Below are positions 11,602-25,160 of a DNA stretch of 64,000 nucleotides, in pieces. Under the pieces are notes generated by a model that made no database searches, had not been told where the DNA came from, and saw only the letters and a program-made list of their open reading frames with translations. The DNA lies in NCBI RefSeq assembly GCF_963921235.1, contig NC_086097.1, positions 247,134,001 to 247,198,000 on the forward strand. The letters run 5' to 3'. A program made the position numbers and the translations under genes. Position 1 is the stretch's first letter; every line of letters starts with the position of its first letter. Source of the DNA: Mobula hypostoma (taxonomy: Eukaryota).

Positions 11602-14531
11602 TAAATATTTGTTGCTACAGGCGAAGTGTAATTCATTGTCATGGGTGAAGCAGAATTCGAAGGCGGCTGTGAAGACCAAGTCATTGGGTATATTTAAGGC
11701 AGAGGCTGATAGATTCTTGATTAGTCAGACTGTGAAGGAATACAGATTGAAGGCAAGAGATTGGGGCTGAGAGGGAAAATGGATCAGCCATGATGAAACG
11801 GCAGAGCAGACTCGATGGGCCAAATGGCTTAATTCTGCTCCTATACCTAATGGCCTAAATACAAAGAAACACAATGAGTCAATGAAAGACCGCACACAAG
11901 ACAGACAAACAACCAATGTGTAGAAGACAACAAACTAAAAAATACGATAAATAACCAAAAACATGAGATGAAGAGGCCTTGAAAGTGAGTCGATAGGTTG
12001 CAGGAACATTTCCATGTAGGGGTGAGTGAAGTTGAGGGAAGTTATCCCCTCTGGTTCAAGAGCCTGATGGCTGAAGGTTAATAACTGTCCCTGAGCTTGC
12101 TGGTGTAGGTCCTGAGGCTCCTGTACCTTCTTCCTGATAGCATCCGTGAGAAGAGAGCATGTCCTGGGTGGTGGGGGTCCTTACAGCTCAGGCCTCTTTT
12201 GTTGTTTACCTCCACTTCACAGTTTGTTCCATTAATGCAGTTAAAATGTTATTAGCAAAAACATAATTTTTAACTCAGCTTATAATTTTGATTTTTCCAA
12301 TGCTTAGGTCATTTTTGTTTTGTGTGGAACGTTGCTTTCAATCATTCACATGTAATTAGAAGCAACACCAACTCCCAGATGGATCGACAATGAAGTGCTT
12401 TGTTTTTTCACTTTTCAAAATAAAGACACTAAGTTCCTTCTGGTCTAAGTCGATCTGCGAGCTGCCAAGGTGCTGTTGCTCCATTGTGCTACATACTGTC
12501 ACGTTAAATTAGATAGTACAGACTTTGCGAGTGTAAAAAATCAATAGTTGATGGAAGATTGCTCCCTGGAAAATCTGTTCTGATTCCAAGATTTATTTTT
12601 GACCTAAAATGACATGCCATTAGGCAGAAAATGAACACATTCCACTGTACAAATTGGACGGAAATGTGTCAGATGACTTGACCTGTTCATTTGGTTTTGT
12701 TCTCTTGAGCAAGAGAGCCGGGCGTGGTTTTCCTAACAGACCTGCTTAAAAGTCCAATACTCCTCTCTGCACAGGAGGAATTCTCCAGACCATTGTTGCA
12801 GGTCTGTAGTAAATGCACTTTACTCAGAAAGATGTTTCTCTCTTATGTTTTTAAAATCTCAGTGCACAATTGACAAGTTCCTAAAATAAAGCACAAATTT
12901 CCTTCTCTGTTCAAAAGCTCACTCAGTATTAATAAACATCTGAGATTACCCTTTGTTAAGAAATTACTTTGGGTAGAAAGACAATCTTTTGTACTATTTC
13001 TCATCTAATTCACCTTAAGGAACAAATGTGTTGAAATACTGTATAAAGACACAGAAACCTATTTCACAGATGTACGGTAGAAACCATTCTGATCAGTTGT
13101 ACGGAGAGGCCACAGCATAAGATCGGAAAAAGCTGTGGAGGGTTGTAAACCCAGCCCACTCCATCATGGGGGACTCATCTCCCCACCATCGAGGACATCC
13201 TCAAAACGCAGTGCCTCCAGAAGACCCTGGTGAAGATCCTTCACCATCCAGGACATGTCCTCTTCTCATTATTACCATCAGAGCCCGGGTAGAGGAGCCA
13301 CAAGATGCGCATGCAACGTTTCAGAAGCAGCTTCTTTCCCTCCGCCATCAGATCTCTGAATGGTCCATGAACCCATGAACACTATCTCGCTACTTTGTTC
13401 TCTTCTTGCACTACTTATAGTTCATGGTTCTTATCGTAACTTAGAATAATTTTCATGTCTGCTGCTGCAAATCAGCAGATTTCACAACATGTCAGACATA
13501 TAACATATGTCACCTTTGTCATAAGCTATTTGCTATATTGTGCATTCTTTATTATGTTTTTTTTATCTTATTGTATTTTTGTGCTGCATTGGATCCAGAG
13601 TAATAGTTATTTTGTTCTCCTATACATTTGTGCACTGGAAATTATATTAAGCAATCCTGAATCTTGAATCCTGATTTAAAAAAACTGATTCTGAGAACAT
13701 AGGAAAATAAGAAATAGGAGCAGGAGTCGGCCATTTGGCCTATCAAGCCTGCTCTGCCATTCAATAAGATCACGGATGATCTGGCCATGGACTCATCTCC
13801 ACCTCCCTGCCTTTTCCATATAACCCTTAATTCCCCCACTATGCAAAAAATCTATTCATTCTTGTCTTAACTATACTTATTGAGGTAGCCTCCACTGCTT
13901 CATTGGAAAGAGAATTCCCCAGTTTCACCACTATTTGGGAAAAGCAGTTTATCCTCATCTCCATCCTAAATCTACTCCCCTGAATCTTGAGGTATGTCCC
14001 CTAGTTCTAGTCTCACCTACCAGTGGAAACAACTTTCCTGTCTCTATTTTATCTATCCCTTCCATAATTTTATATGTTTCTACAAGATCGCTTCTCATTC
14101 TTCTGAATTCCAGTGACTACAGTCCCAGGTGACTCAATCGCACCTCATAGTCCATCCCCTCATCAACCTGGTGAACCTCCTCTGCGCCGGCTCCAAAGCC
14201 AGTATATCCTTCCTCAAGTATGGAGACCAGAACTGCACACAGTACTCCAGGTGCGGCCTCACCAGTACCCTGTATAGTTGCAGCATGACCTCCCTGCTCT
14301 TGAATTCAATCCCTCTAGCAATGAAGGCCAACGTCCCATTTGCCTTCCTGATAGCCTGCTGCACCTGCAAACTGACCTTTTGTGATTCATGCACGTGCAC
14401 TCCCAAGTCCCTCTGCACAGCAGCGTGCTGCATTTTTTTGCAATTTAAAAAACAATCTGCTCTTTCTAAAGTGGATGGCCTCGCATTTACCAACATTGTA
14501 TTCCATCTGCCAGACCCTTCCCGCTCACTAA

Positions 14532-15260
14532 AGGCTGATTTATACTTGTGCGTCAAATGTTCGCCGTAGGTATGGCGTAGCGGCGTACCCTATGCTGTTC
14601 TCTACGCCGAACCCTATGCTGTAGCCTAACGCGCACCTCTCCCAAAATGTAACTACGCGTCGTGGCGACGCAGACCGAAACAACTGTAATTGGTCTGCTT
14701 GGTAGCATCGCATTTCCTCCTACGTTGCAATAGCTTCCCAGTGGGCGACTGAAGGGCAGAGAAGGAACTCTGGCTGCAATGCTTTCCATAAAGCTTTACA
14801 GACCTCCGAAATTATGGAGGACCCTGTGCTTGATGCCAGTTTGTACCTAGCTGCTACAGCCTGTTGACTTCCACCTGAAGCTAAAACTCAAATGGTGATT
14901 GCCAGCCTCTGAGTATACTGTGCGTACACTGATGCAAAATAAATGGTTGGAGACGATGAACCAAATCATCAAATCTACCTGCCGACATCCGAAAATATTT
15001 GAAATGTATTTCCTTGTCCATGTCTCTCAGTGGCTGGACAAGCACAGAAAATTCACCCTCCTTCAGTTTCAGTCGCCATTGTTTGAAGTTTGAGTTTCTT
15101 CGTGTTGAGTTTCAACACGAAGAAACTCCACACAGTGGCATAGAAACCCCACTGTGGTGAATTGCAGAGCGACGCAGACACACCAACGTACAAGTATAAA
15201 TGCTCATAATGGCGTAGGTCACCTGCGTAGGCTACGGCATAAGCTATTATGCACAAGTAT
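14532..15260 (-). mobile_element. Non-autonomous PIF/Harbinger DNA transposon with transposase remnant
   Basis: Terminal inverted repeats (TIRs) aggctgatttatacttgtgc / gcacaagtataaatcagcat with 3-bp TAA/TTA flanks. The minus strand encodes [14 protein letters not shown]...QRLAITI*VLASG...[17 protein letters not shown]. Confidence 0.88.
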
Positions 15261-16457
15261 AAATCAGCATTTAACCTACCTATATCTCTTTGCAGACTCT
15301 CTGTACCTTCTGCACAATTTGCTTTTCCACTCAATTTAGTATCATCAGCAAACTTAGATACACTATACTTGGTCCCCTCTTCCAGATCGTTAATGTATAG
15401 CGTGAACAGTTGTGGACCCAGCACTGACCCCTGTGGCACACGGCTCACCACTGATTGCCAACCAGAGTAACACCCATGTATCCCAACTCTCTGCTTTCTA
15501 TTGGTTAACCAATCCTCTATCCATGCTAATACATCAGCCCAAACTCTATACATCCCTATCTAATGGATAAGTCTTTGATGTGGCATCTTATCTCATAAGG
15601 CATGCTCTCCAATCCAGGCAATGTCCTCTCTATATTTTCCACATCCTTCCTGTAGTGAGGTGACCAGAACTGAACATAGTACTCCAAGTGGGGTCTAACT
15701 AAGGTCATATATGGCTGTAACATTACCTCTCGGCTCTTGAACTCAATCCCATAGTTGATGAAGGTCTGATTGCGTCCACGATATCCTGAAGTGGGAAGGA
15801 GAACAGCCCGAGGTCGTGGTACACGTTGATACCAACGACATACATAGGAAAAGGGAGGAGGTCCTGAAAACAGACTATAGGGAGTTAGGAAGGAAGTTGA
15901 GAAGCAGGACCACAAAGGTAGTAATCTCAGGATTACTGCCTGTGCCACGTGACAGTGAGTATAGGAATAGAATGAGGTGGAGGATAAACGTGTGGCTGAG
16001 AGATTGGAGCAGGGGGCAGGGATTCTGATTTCTGGATCACTGGGACCTCTTTTGGGGCAGGTGTGACCTGTACAAAAAGGGGGTTGCATTTGAATCTGAG
16101 GGGGACCAATATCCTGGCAGGGAGGTTTGCTAAGGCTACAGGGGAGAGTTTAAACTAAAATCACTAGGGGGTGGGAACCAAACTGAAGAGACGGAGGAAG
16201 AGGCAGTTGGCTCACCAATAGAGAAAGCTTGGAGACAGTGTGTGAGGGAGGATAGGCAGGTGATAGAGAAAGGATACACTCAAACCGATGGTTTGAGATG
16301 TGTCTATTTTAATGCTAGGAGTATTATGAACAAAGCAGATGACCTTAGTGCGTGGATCAGTACTTGGAGATATGATGTAGTGGCCATGACAGAGACTTGG
16401 ATGGTTCAGGGACAGGAATGGTTACCTAGAGTGCACGGCTTTAGATGTTTCAGAAAG

Positions 16458-17995
16458 AATTAGAGATTTTCTACGGTCTCAATTATATACATTTCCTAAT
16501 AAGAACGTATTAGATGAAATTCTTAATATGAAATCATTTTATAATGGTTCAATATCCAATATTTATGATATGTTGTTGGGAATAAGAAATGATTCTTTAG
16601 ACAAAATCAGAAACCTTTGGGAACAAGAAACTTGGAATGAAATTTTTAAATTGATTACTACTTCATCTTTATGTGCTCGTCATTCCCTCCTACAATTTAA
16701 AGTGGTTCATAGGGCTTATATGACCAAGGATGAGTTCTCTGGTTTTTATATGGATATATCTCCCTACTGTGATAGGTGTAACAATGGAGAAGCTTCATTT
16801 ATTCGTATGTTTTGGACATGCCCAAGTCTTGGAAAATATTGGAAGGAAGTATTCCAAACTTTTTCTGTACTCTTTAAAGTAAATTTTAAGCCTAATCCTT
16901 TGACTGCCCTATTTGGTATTGTTGGAAGGGAAGATATCATTTTGAAGACATCTGATTTGCACATTCTGGCTTTATCTCTTTTATGGCTAGGAGGGCGCTT
17001 TTGTTTAAATGGAAGGATGCTGTTCCACCTAATCATGCTCAGTGGTTACGGGATGAAAAGTTTGGAATACTGCCTTCCAATATTTTCCAAGACTTGGACG
17101 TGTCCAAAACATATGAATAAATGAAGCTTCTCTATTGTTACATCACACAAACCAATCTTCCGTCCTTGGACTCACTTTACACTGCACGCTGTCGGATTAG
17201 TGCTGCCAGGATAATCAAGGACACGACCCACCCAGCCAACACACTTTTCGTCCCTCTTCCCTCCGGGAGAAGGCTCAGGAGCTTGAAGACTCGTACGGCC
17301 AGATTTGGGAACAGCTTCTTTCCAACTGTGATGAGACTGGTGAACGGATCCTGACCCGGATCTGGGCCGTACCCTCCAAATATCCGGACCTGCCTCTCGG
17401 TTTTTTTGCACTACCTTACTTTCCATTTTCTATTTTCTATTTATGATTTATAATTTCAATTTTTAATATTTACTATCGATTTGTACTCCAGGGAGCATGA
17501 AGAGCAGAATCAAATATCGCTGTGATGATTGTACGCTCTAGTATCAATTGTTTGGCGACAATGAAGTATAAAGTATGTTTTGGCATGCCTTAATGTAGAA
17601 AAGATTTGCTGTTCAATTTCTGAATCTAACCAAGATTTTCAAAATTTGTGGAGGCCATCTTAAAATTATTTTCATAATCTTTGACTTCTCGTTAAAGTAC
17701 AGAAGTTGGTTAATAGCATATTTTATTATCTGATAAGGTTTTTTTTCCTTTTTTTCCCCAAACAGCTTCGACTTTGGTAGTGGGTATAGATCTTTTTTTC
17801 TATAGAACTGTTTATATTCTAATACATGAATTAATCTAATCTATATGAATATAGGGTAAGGAGTTCGTTAATGTGATTCAATATACTGTATCTGGTATTA
17901 TTATATTTTCTCTTTTGTTTTATAATATGTATTCTCTTGGACTCTGTATTCTTCTATATAGAAATCAATAAAAATATTGAAAAAGAAAAAAAGAA
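16458..17995 (+). mobile_element. 3' fragment of an L1-clade LINE (C-terminal Cys-rich domain, 3' UTR, poly(A))
   Basis: Peptide LLQFKVVHRAY...CDRC...MFWTCP. AATAAA near 17967 and an A-rich tail. 15-bp TSD agatgtttcagaaag (16443-16457) / agatgtctcagaaag (17996-18010). Confidence 0.88.
17141..17575 (+). mobile_element. Rex1/Babar-like LINE 3' fragment nested in the L1
   Basis: Peptide ARIIKDTTHPANTLFVPLPSGRRLRSLKTRTARFGNSFFP. Closely similar to the minus-strand copy at 5433-6140. Confidence 0.82.
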
Positions 17996-20900
17996 AGATG
18001 TCTCAGAAAGGACAGGGAGGGAGGCAAAAGAGGTGGGGGCATGGCACTGTTGATCAGAGATAGTGTCACGGCTGCAGAAAAGGAAGAAGTCATGGAGGGA
18101 TTGTCTACCGAGTCTCTGTGGGTGGAAGTTAGGAATAGGAAGGCGTCAATAACTTTACTGGGTGTTTTTTTATAGACCATCCAATAGTAACAGGGACATC
18201 GAGGAGCAGAAAGGGAGACAGATTCTGGAAAGGTGTAATAATAACAGGGTTGTTGTGGTGGGAGGTTTTAATTTCCCAAATATTGACTGGCATCTCCCTA
18301 GAACAAGGGTTTAGATTGGGTGGAGTCTGTTAGGTGTGTTCAGGAAGGTTTCTTGACACAATATGTAGATAAGCCTACAAGAGGAGAGGTTGTACTTGAT
18401 CTGGTATTGGGAAATGAACTTGGTCAGGTATCAGATCTCTCAGTGGAACAGCATTTTGGAGATAGTGATCACAATTCTATCTCTTTTACCATAGCATTGG
18501 AGAGAGATAGGAACAGACAAGTTAGGAAAGCGTTTAATTGGAGTAAACGGAAATATGAGGCTATCAGGCAGGAACTTGGAAGCATAAAGTGGGAACAGAT
18601 GTTCTCAGGGAAATTTACAGCAGAAATGTGGCAAATGTTCAGGGGATATTTGCGTGGAGTTCTGCATAGGTACGTTCCAATGAGACAGGGAAAGGATAGT
18701 AGGCTACAGGAACCGTGGTGTACAAAGGCTATTGTAAATCTAGTCAAGAAGAAAAGAAGAGCTTACAAAAGGTTCAAAAAACTAGGTAATGACAGAGATC
18801 TAGAAGATTATAAGGCTAGCAGGAAGGAGCTTAAGAAAGAAATTAGGAGCCAAAGGGGGCCATGAGAAGGCCTTGGTGGACAGGATTAAGGAAAACCCCA
18901 AGGCATTCTACAAATATATGAAGAGCAAGAGGATAAGACGTGAGAGAATAGGACCAATCAAGTGTGACAGTGGAAAAGTATGTATAGAACCAGAGGAGAT
19001 GGCAGAGGTACTTAATGAATACTTTGCTTTAGTATTCACTATAGAAAAGGATCTTGGCAATTATAGGGATGACCTACAGTGGACTGAAAAGCTTGAGCAT
19101 GTAGATATTAAGAAAGAGGATGTGCTGGAGCTTTTGGAAAGCATCAAGTTGGATAAGTCACCGGGACTGGACGAGATGTACCCTAGGCTACTGTGGGAGG
19201 CGAGGGAGGAGATTGCTGGGCCTCTGGCGATGATCTTTGCATCGTCAATGGGGATGGGAGAGGTATGGCAGGATTGAAGGGTTGTGGATGTTGTTCCCTT
19301 ATTCAAGAAAGGGAGTACCAGGAAATTATATGTCAGTGAGTCTTACTTCAGTAAATTCAGTAAATTGATGGAAAAGATTCTGAGGGGCAGGATTTATGAA
19401 CATTTGGAAAGGCATAATATGATTAGGAATAGTCAGCATGGCTTTATCAAAGGCAAGTCATGCCTTACGAGCCTGAGTGAATTTTTTGAGGATGTGACTA
19501 AACACATTGATGAAGGTAGAACCGTAGATGTAGTGTATTTGGATTTCAGCAAGGCATTTGATAAGGTACCCCATACAAGGCTTATTGAGAAAGTAAGGAG
19601 GCATGGGATCCAAAGGGACATTGCTTTGTGGATCCAGATATTCTGCATGGAGGTCGGTGACCAGGGATCTGTTCCAGGACCCCTTCTCTTCAAGATTTTT
19701 ATAAACGACTTGGATGAGGAAGTGGAGGGATAGGTTAGTAAATTTGCTGATGACACAAAGGTTGGGGGTATTGTGGATAGTGTGGAGGGCTGTCAGAGGT
19801 TACAGCAGGACATTGATAGGATGCAAAACTGGGCTGAGAAGTGGCAGATGGAGTTCAACCCAGATAAATGTGAGGTGACACACATCAAAGTTGCTGGTGA
19901 ACGCAGCAGGCCAGGCAGCATCTCTAGGAAGAGGTACAGTCGAGGTTTCAGGCCGACACCCTTCGTCAGGACTAATGGTGGTTCATTTTGGTAGGTCAAA
20001 TATGGTGGCAGAACATAGCATTAATGGTAAGACTCTTGATAGTGTGGAGGATCAGAGGGATCTTGGAATCCGAGTCCATAGGACACACAAAGCTGCTACG
20101 CAGGTTGACTCTGTGGTTAAGAAAGCATACGGCGCATTGGCCTTCGTCAACTGTGGGATTGAGCTTAGGAGCCGAGAAGTAATGTTGCAGCTATATAGGA
20201 CCGTGGTCAGTCCCCACCTGGAGTACTGTGCTCAGTTCTGGTCGCCTCACTACAGGAAGGATGTGGAAACCATAGAAAGGATGCAGAGGAGATTTACAAG
20301 GATGTTGCCTGGATTGGAGAGTGAACTCAGCCTTTTCTCCTTGGAGTGACAGAGGATGAGAGGTGACCTGATAGAGGTATATAAGATGATGAGAGGCATT
20401 GATCATGTGGATAGTCAGAGGCTTTTTCCCAGGGCTGAAATGGTTAACACGAGAGGGCACAGTTTTAAGGTGCCTGGAAGTAGGTAAAGAGTACATGTCA
20501 GGGGTAAATTTTTTTTTACGCAGAGAATGGGCTACCAGCGATGGTGGTGGAGGCAGATACGATAGGGTCTTTTAAGAGGCTCCTGGATACGTACATGGAG
20601 CTTAGAAAAATAGAGGGCTATGGATAACCCTAGGTAATTTCTAAAGTAAGTACACGTTTGGCACAGCATTATGGGCTGAAGGGCCTGTATCATGCTGTAG
20701 GATTTCTATGTTTCTATGTTTCTAACACAGTATATACCTTCTTAACAACACTTTCAACCTGTACAGCAGCTTTGCATGCCCTATTGACACGGACCCCAAG
20801 GTCTTGCTGATCCTCCACTTTGCCAAGAGTCTTACCATTAACATTATATTCTGTCTTCAAATTTGACCTACTGAAATGAAACACTTCACACTTATCTGGG

Positions 20901-23900
20901 TTGAACTCCATCTGCCACTTTTCAGCTCAGTTCTGCATCCTATCGATGTCCTGTTGTAACCTCTGACAACCTTCCAGACTATCCACAACAAACTTACTAA
21001 CATGTCATCAGCAAACTTACTAACCCCGCCCCTTCTACTTCCTCATCCAGGCCATTTATAAAAATCACAAAGAGGAGGGGTCCCAGAACAGATCTCTGTG
21101 GAACACCACGGGTCACTGACCTCCATGCAGAATATGACCCATCTACAACCACCCTTTGTCTCTGTGGGCAAGCCAATTCTGGATTCACAAAACAAGGTCT
21201 CCTTGGATACCATGTCTCATTACTTTCTGAATGAGCCCCACATGGGGAACCTTATCTAGTGCCTTACAGAAATCCATATACACTACATCCACTGCTCTAC
21301 CTTCATCAATGTGTTTGGTCACATCCTCAAAGAATTCAATCAGGTTTATAAGGCACGACTTGCTCTTGACAAAACCAGGCTGACTATCCTTAATCAGTTT
21401 ATGTCTCTCCAAATGTGCATAAATCCTACCTCTCAGGATCTTCTCCAGCAACTTGCCTACCACTGAAGTACGACTCACAGGTTTATAATTTTCTGGGTTA
21501 TCTCTACTCCCTTTCTTGAACAAGCGAACAACATTTGCAGCCTTCCAATCCTCTGGTATTTCCCTTGTCCCTATTGGTGATGCAAAGGTCATTGCCAGAG
21601 GCTCACCCTCCCCTTCAAGAATATTCTGCAACCACTCAGAGGCATCCTGGACCCTAGCACCCGGGAGGCAACACACTATCCTGGTATCTCTTTTGCTGCC
21701 ACAGAATCTCCTATCTATCCCCCTAACTATCAAGCCCCATATAATTATTGCTCTGCCTGACGTCACCATACCCTTCTGAGGTTCAGAGCTAACCACGGTG
21801 CTATTGGTTTGGCTGCTGCCTTGCCCAGATAGGTCACCCCCCTCAGCAGTATCTAAAGGGGTTGACTTCTTTCTTCCTTTACCTCTCTCGGTGTTCACTC
21901 ATCTACTCCCTGAATTCTGCATGCTGGGTGTAACCACCTGTTCAAAAGTCTTATCTAGCAATTGCTCTTCCTCCTGGGTGATTCTTAATTCATCCAGCTC
22001 CAGCTCCTTCATGCAGTCTTTCAGGAGCTGGAGCTGGCTGCACTTCCCGCAGGTGTTGTCATCAGAAAGACCATCAGGTTCCATGAGTTCCCACATCCTA
22101 CAGGAGGAGCATTCCGATGCCATATCTGCCATTCTGCCTGCACTGTACAAGGGGCAACCAAGACCAAATCTTCTAACCTTTTTCTTTGGCCTCAGCCTCC
22201 TCTCATCAAAGTCTCTTGAGTCCAAGCCTGACACTTCTACTCTCACCGCTGGCCTACTCCCAAAAATGGCCACCCTGCTTGCCCCTTCTGTATTTTTATT
22301 TAATTCCCAGTGCTCTGCTCCTGGCCTTGACTGGACCTCTGGAATTATCCTCAAAGAAGTCAAGTGCGTTTGTCAAACAGGACGTGCCTTTGCTGAATCC
22401 ATGCTGCATCTGCTTGATGGATCCATTTCTTTCCAGATGTCTCGCTATTTCTTCGTTAATGATAGCTTCAAGCATTTTCCCAACTACAGATATTAAACTA
22501 AGTAGCCTACAGTTACCTGCCTTTTGCCTACATCCTTTTTTGAACAGTGGCATGACATTCACCATCTTTCAATCTGCTGGGACCAGCCCAGAGTCCAGAG
22601 AATTTTGGTAAATTATCACCAAAGCCTTTACTATAACTTCTGCCATTTCTTTCGGTGCCCTGGGATGCATTCCATCAGGACCAGGGGACTTGTTTATCTT
22701 CAGGCCCACAACTTTGCCGGACTGGAAGCAGGAGCAGGACAGTCGATACATCCAGTCTATGCTATTACCCAACATGAACATAGCTGGTCACGTTTAGCCA
22801 TACTGAATGTAGCTGCTGTAATGAGCACTTTGGACTTCTGGGGGCGCCAGAGAGCATTGGGCTCTGAGGTTTAAACCACCTGAATTGCTTAATCGTTCAG
22901 AATTCCTTGTGTTTTGCCTCAAGCGATTCGCCCTTTGTAACGCGGACTCCTGGTGGGTTGTGTTTAAACTTGTCAAGTCTATTTTGATAGTCTCGGGGAT
23001 TCCCTGTTACGGTATTAATTAAGCAGACGCCTGATTAGAGCTAAGCATGGGGTCCTAGTTTTGACAACGTTACTTCTCGCGGCGTCACTCAGCCGAGCCA
23101 CTGATGTTCTTTTGAAATTCTTATGAATAAACCCTGATTGCCGTCTCTGCATGGGAGTCCGTCTTTCCTCTGCACTTGGCTTCCGGCATCCCCAGCGCAC
23201 ATTGTGACAGCTGCAGATAAAGAGAAGGAAACCTGAGCACCATGCTGGCTGGCAGGTGTGTGTGCACACCAGGCGACTCTGACAGGTGCTGGTGTTAGGG
23301 GTTGTGGAGGGGTGGGTCAGCGGGCGGAGGTGTTGATCAGCCTTACTACTAACTGCTTTTGAGTCTGGTGGTCCTGGTGTCGATGCTACATAGCCTCATC
23401 CGGGATGGGAGTGCGACAAACATGAGAAGGGTGGGTGGGATCCTTCATCATGCTACTGACCCTTTCCTGCTTTGGACAACACAGCTCCTTCCGAATTCCT
23501 CCCTGATCTATCCTGATAGCATGCCATTTATTTTCAACCACTTTCTTATAGCTTGTTATCCCACGTTCTTGTTATATATTTCTATTTAATTATACTTCCA
23601 TTTGCACAGTCTTGTCTTCTGCACTCTGGTTGATCTTTCATTGATCCTGTGATAGTTACTATTCTATAGATTTGCTAAGCATGCCTGCAGGAAAACGAAT
23701 CTCAGGGTTGTACATGGTGACATCTATGTACTTTGATAATAAAATTTACTTTTGAACTTTGAGTGACTGGAGATTTTCGCACCCATTCCAAAGCCTTGGT
23801 GGCTCTCATACCAGGAAGCCTGGCGGTGGAGCTAATTCTGAGGGTAATGTGTTTCCTTGTTGGTGGCATACTGGGACATTTTGATCAGGAACTGCGTGTG

Positions 23901-24024
23901 GAAGCTGGTAAATGAGGTGAAAAGATTTATTTTCTTTATTGAGCAGGATCTGGCAGGCATTATCTGTGAGGCTGGTGATAAAGCATTCACATCATAAAAC
24001 ATGATTCTTTAATGTTGTTTTAGC

Positions 24025-24570
24025 CGGGGGTGGCAGTGGGGATAAGCTCCCACCACATATTAGACGCTCCCAATGGTGTGCGCCTTAAATAGCCTCTGAC
24101 AACCAAGTCCACCTCCTGGCCTTCACATGTGGCTTACCTACTAAGCCCAGGGGAACCATCTCTATTGAGAAGGAGAAGGGGCAAAGGTGGGTTACTGGCA
24201 CCTTAAAACCAGTAGCTTCAGGCAGATGGGGCTTGTCAGCTATGGTTGGCAGCTCAACCAGGAGGAGGAAAACTCTGCCTTGCGGCTATACCCATTCATG
24301 GGGAAGGCTTCAGGAGTAAACCCTGAGGAAAAATCCAGAGCTGGAGTCCCTAACACAGTCCTACGTTGAGTTCAATGCTGACAGGCAACTCCTGCAATGC
24401 TGCTGATGCCAAACCGTATCAGTTCCCTTGGGTCCATCAGCTGTGTGGAGAGAGTGTGCTACATGGGCAACAGCTTGCTCTCCCTGTCGTACTGGTCTGG
24501 CTTACATATCACATAGACAGCTGGGATGCAACACCCATGGTTGACCCTGACCATCTGAGGGCCTCATAGG
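24025..24570 (+). mobile_element. Non-coding interspersed repeat, possibly RTE-mobilised; second copy on the minus strand at 35040-35150 + 35855-36280
   Basis: Two dispersed homologous copies in opposite orientation. The family assignment is inference only. Confidence 0.6.
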
Positions 24571-24959
24571 CATAGAACATAGTACGTCAGAACACTGTTC
24601 AGGCCCTTCGGCCTACAATGTTGTTCCAACCTCTTAACCTACTCCAAGGTCAATTCAACCCTTCCCTCCTACATAGCCCTCTATTTTTCTATCATCCATG
24701 TGTCTATCTCAGAATCTCCTAAATGTTCCCTAATGTATCTGCCTTTACCAACATCCCTGGTTCCGCGCACACACCCACCACTCTCTGTGTAAAAAACCTA
24801 CCTCTGATATCCCCCCCCCATACTTCCCTCCAATCACCTTAAATGCCCCTTTGTATTAGTCCTTTTCGCCTGGGAAAATGTTTCTTATCTTTTCTATCGA
24901 GTCATCTCTCATCCTCCTTAGCGCCAAAACGATAAGCTCAGCCTTGCCTCATAAGACAT

Positions 24960-25160
24960 GCTGAACCCGAGGGGGGACCAATATCCTTTTGGACCTGTAT
25001 GCTAGAGCTACTGGGGAGGTTTTAAACTAAATTGGCAGCGGTATGGAAACCACAGTGATAGGGCTGAGAATGGGGAAGTCAATATACAAGTCGATGCAGT
25101 GTACAATGAAAACATGAGGAAGGTCAGGCAGACGATAGGGTAAAATTCCAGTCAAAGTGT
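24960..25160 (+). mobile_element. CR1 fragment spanning the ORF1/ORF2 junction
   Basis: ctgaacccgaggggggaccaatatcc…tttaaactaa is homologous to the ORF1 ends of the other CR1 copies. Confidence 0.75.

Larger units (their letters stand above)
15766..20723 (+). mobile_element. 5'-truncated CR1 (same family as 46134-50303), interrupted by an L1 fragment and a Penelope terminal repeat
   Basis: ORF1 esterase remnant, EN (YFNARS, SDHNS) and RT pieces, and the tail gatttctatgtttctatgtttcta. Clearly similar in DNA sequence to 46900-50300. Confidence 0.93.
15590..22340 (-). mobile_element. Internally deleted minus-strand CR1 (pieces 15590-15765 and 20724-22340)
   Basis: ORF1 zinc finger CSSC...CGKC (21899-22363 ORF). 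ORF1 esterase is joined directly to RT near 21600. RT continues across the 15766-20723 insertion (…aaggtatatactgtgtt | gaccttcatcaac…). Confidence 0.85.
13693..22715 (-). mobile_element. Outer minus-strand CR1 (pieces 13693-14528, 15264-15590, about 22340-22715)
   Basis: 3' UTR at 13693. RT motifs RPHLEYCVQFWSP, PQGSVLGP, FADDTK, QHGF and KSPGPDG are collinear. Confidence 0.85.

Noticed and set aside
15590..15765. Twin-priming 5' inversion of the plus-strand CR1
   Set aside because: The piece joins seamlessly to 20724 onward, so it belongs to the older minus-strand host element.
21185..21898. 237-aa ORF as a novel esterase-RT fusion gene
   Set aside because: It is explained by an internal deletion in a decayed CR1; both domains are incomplete.
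22716..23470. Possible host exon(s) in a moderately CpG-rich stretch
   Set aside because: No recognisable protein or convincing splice structure. The right part resembles a Rex-like fragment, so it is left unclassified.
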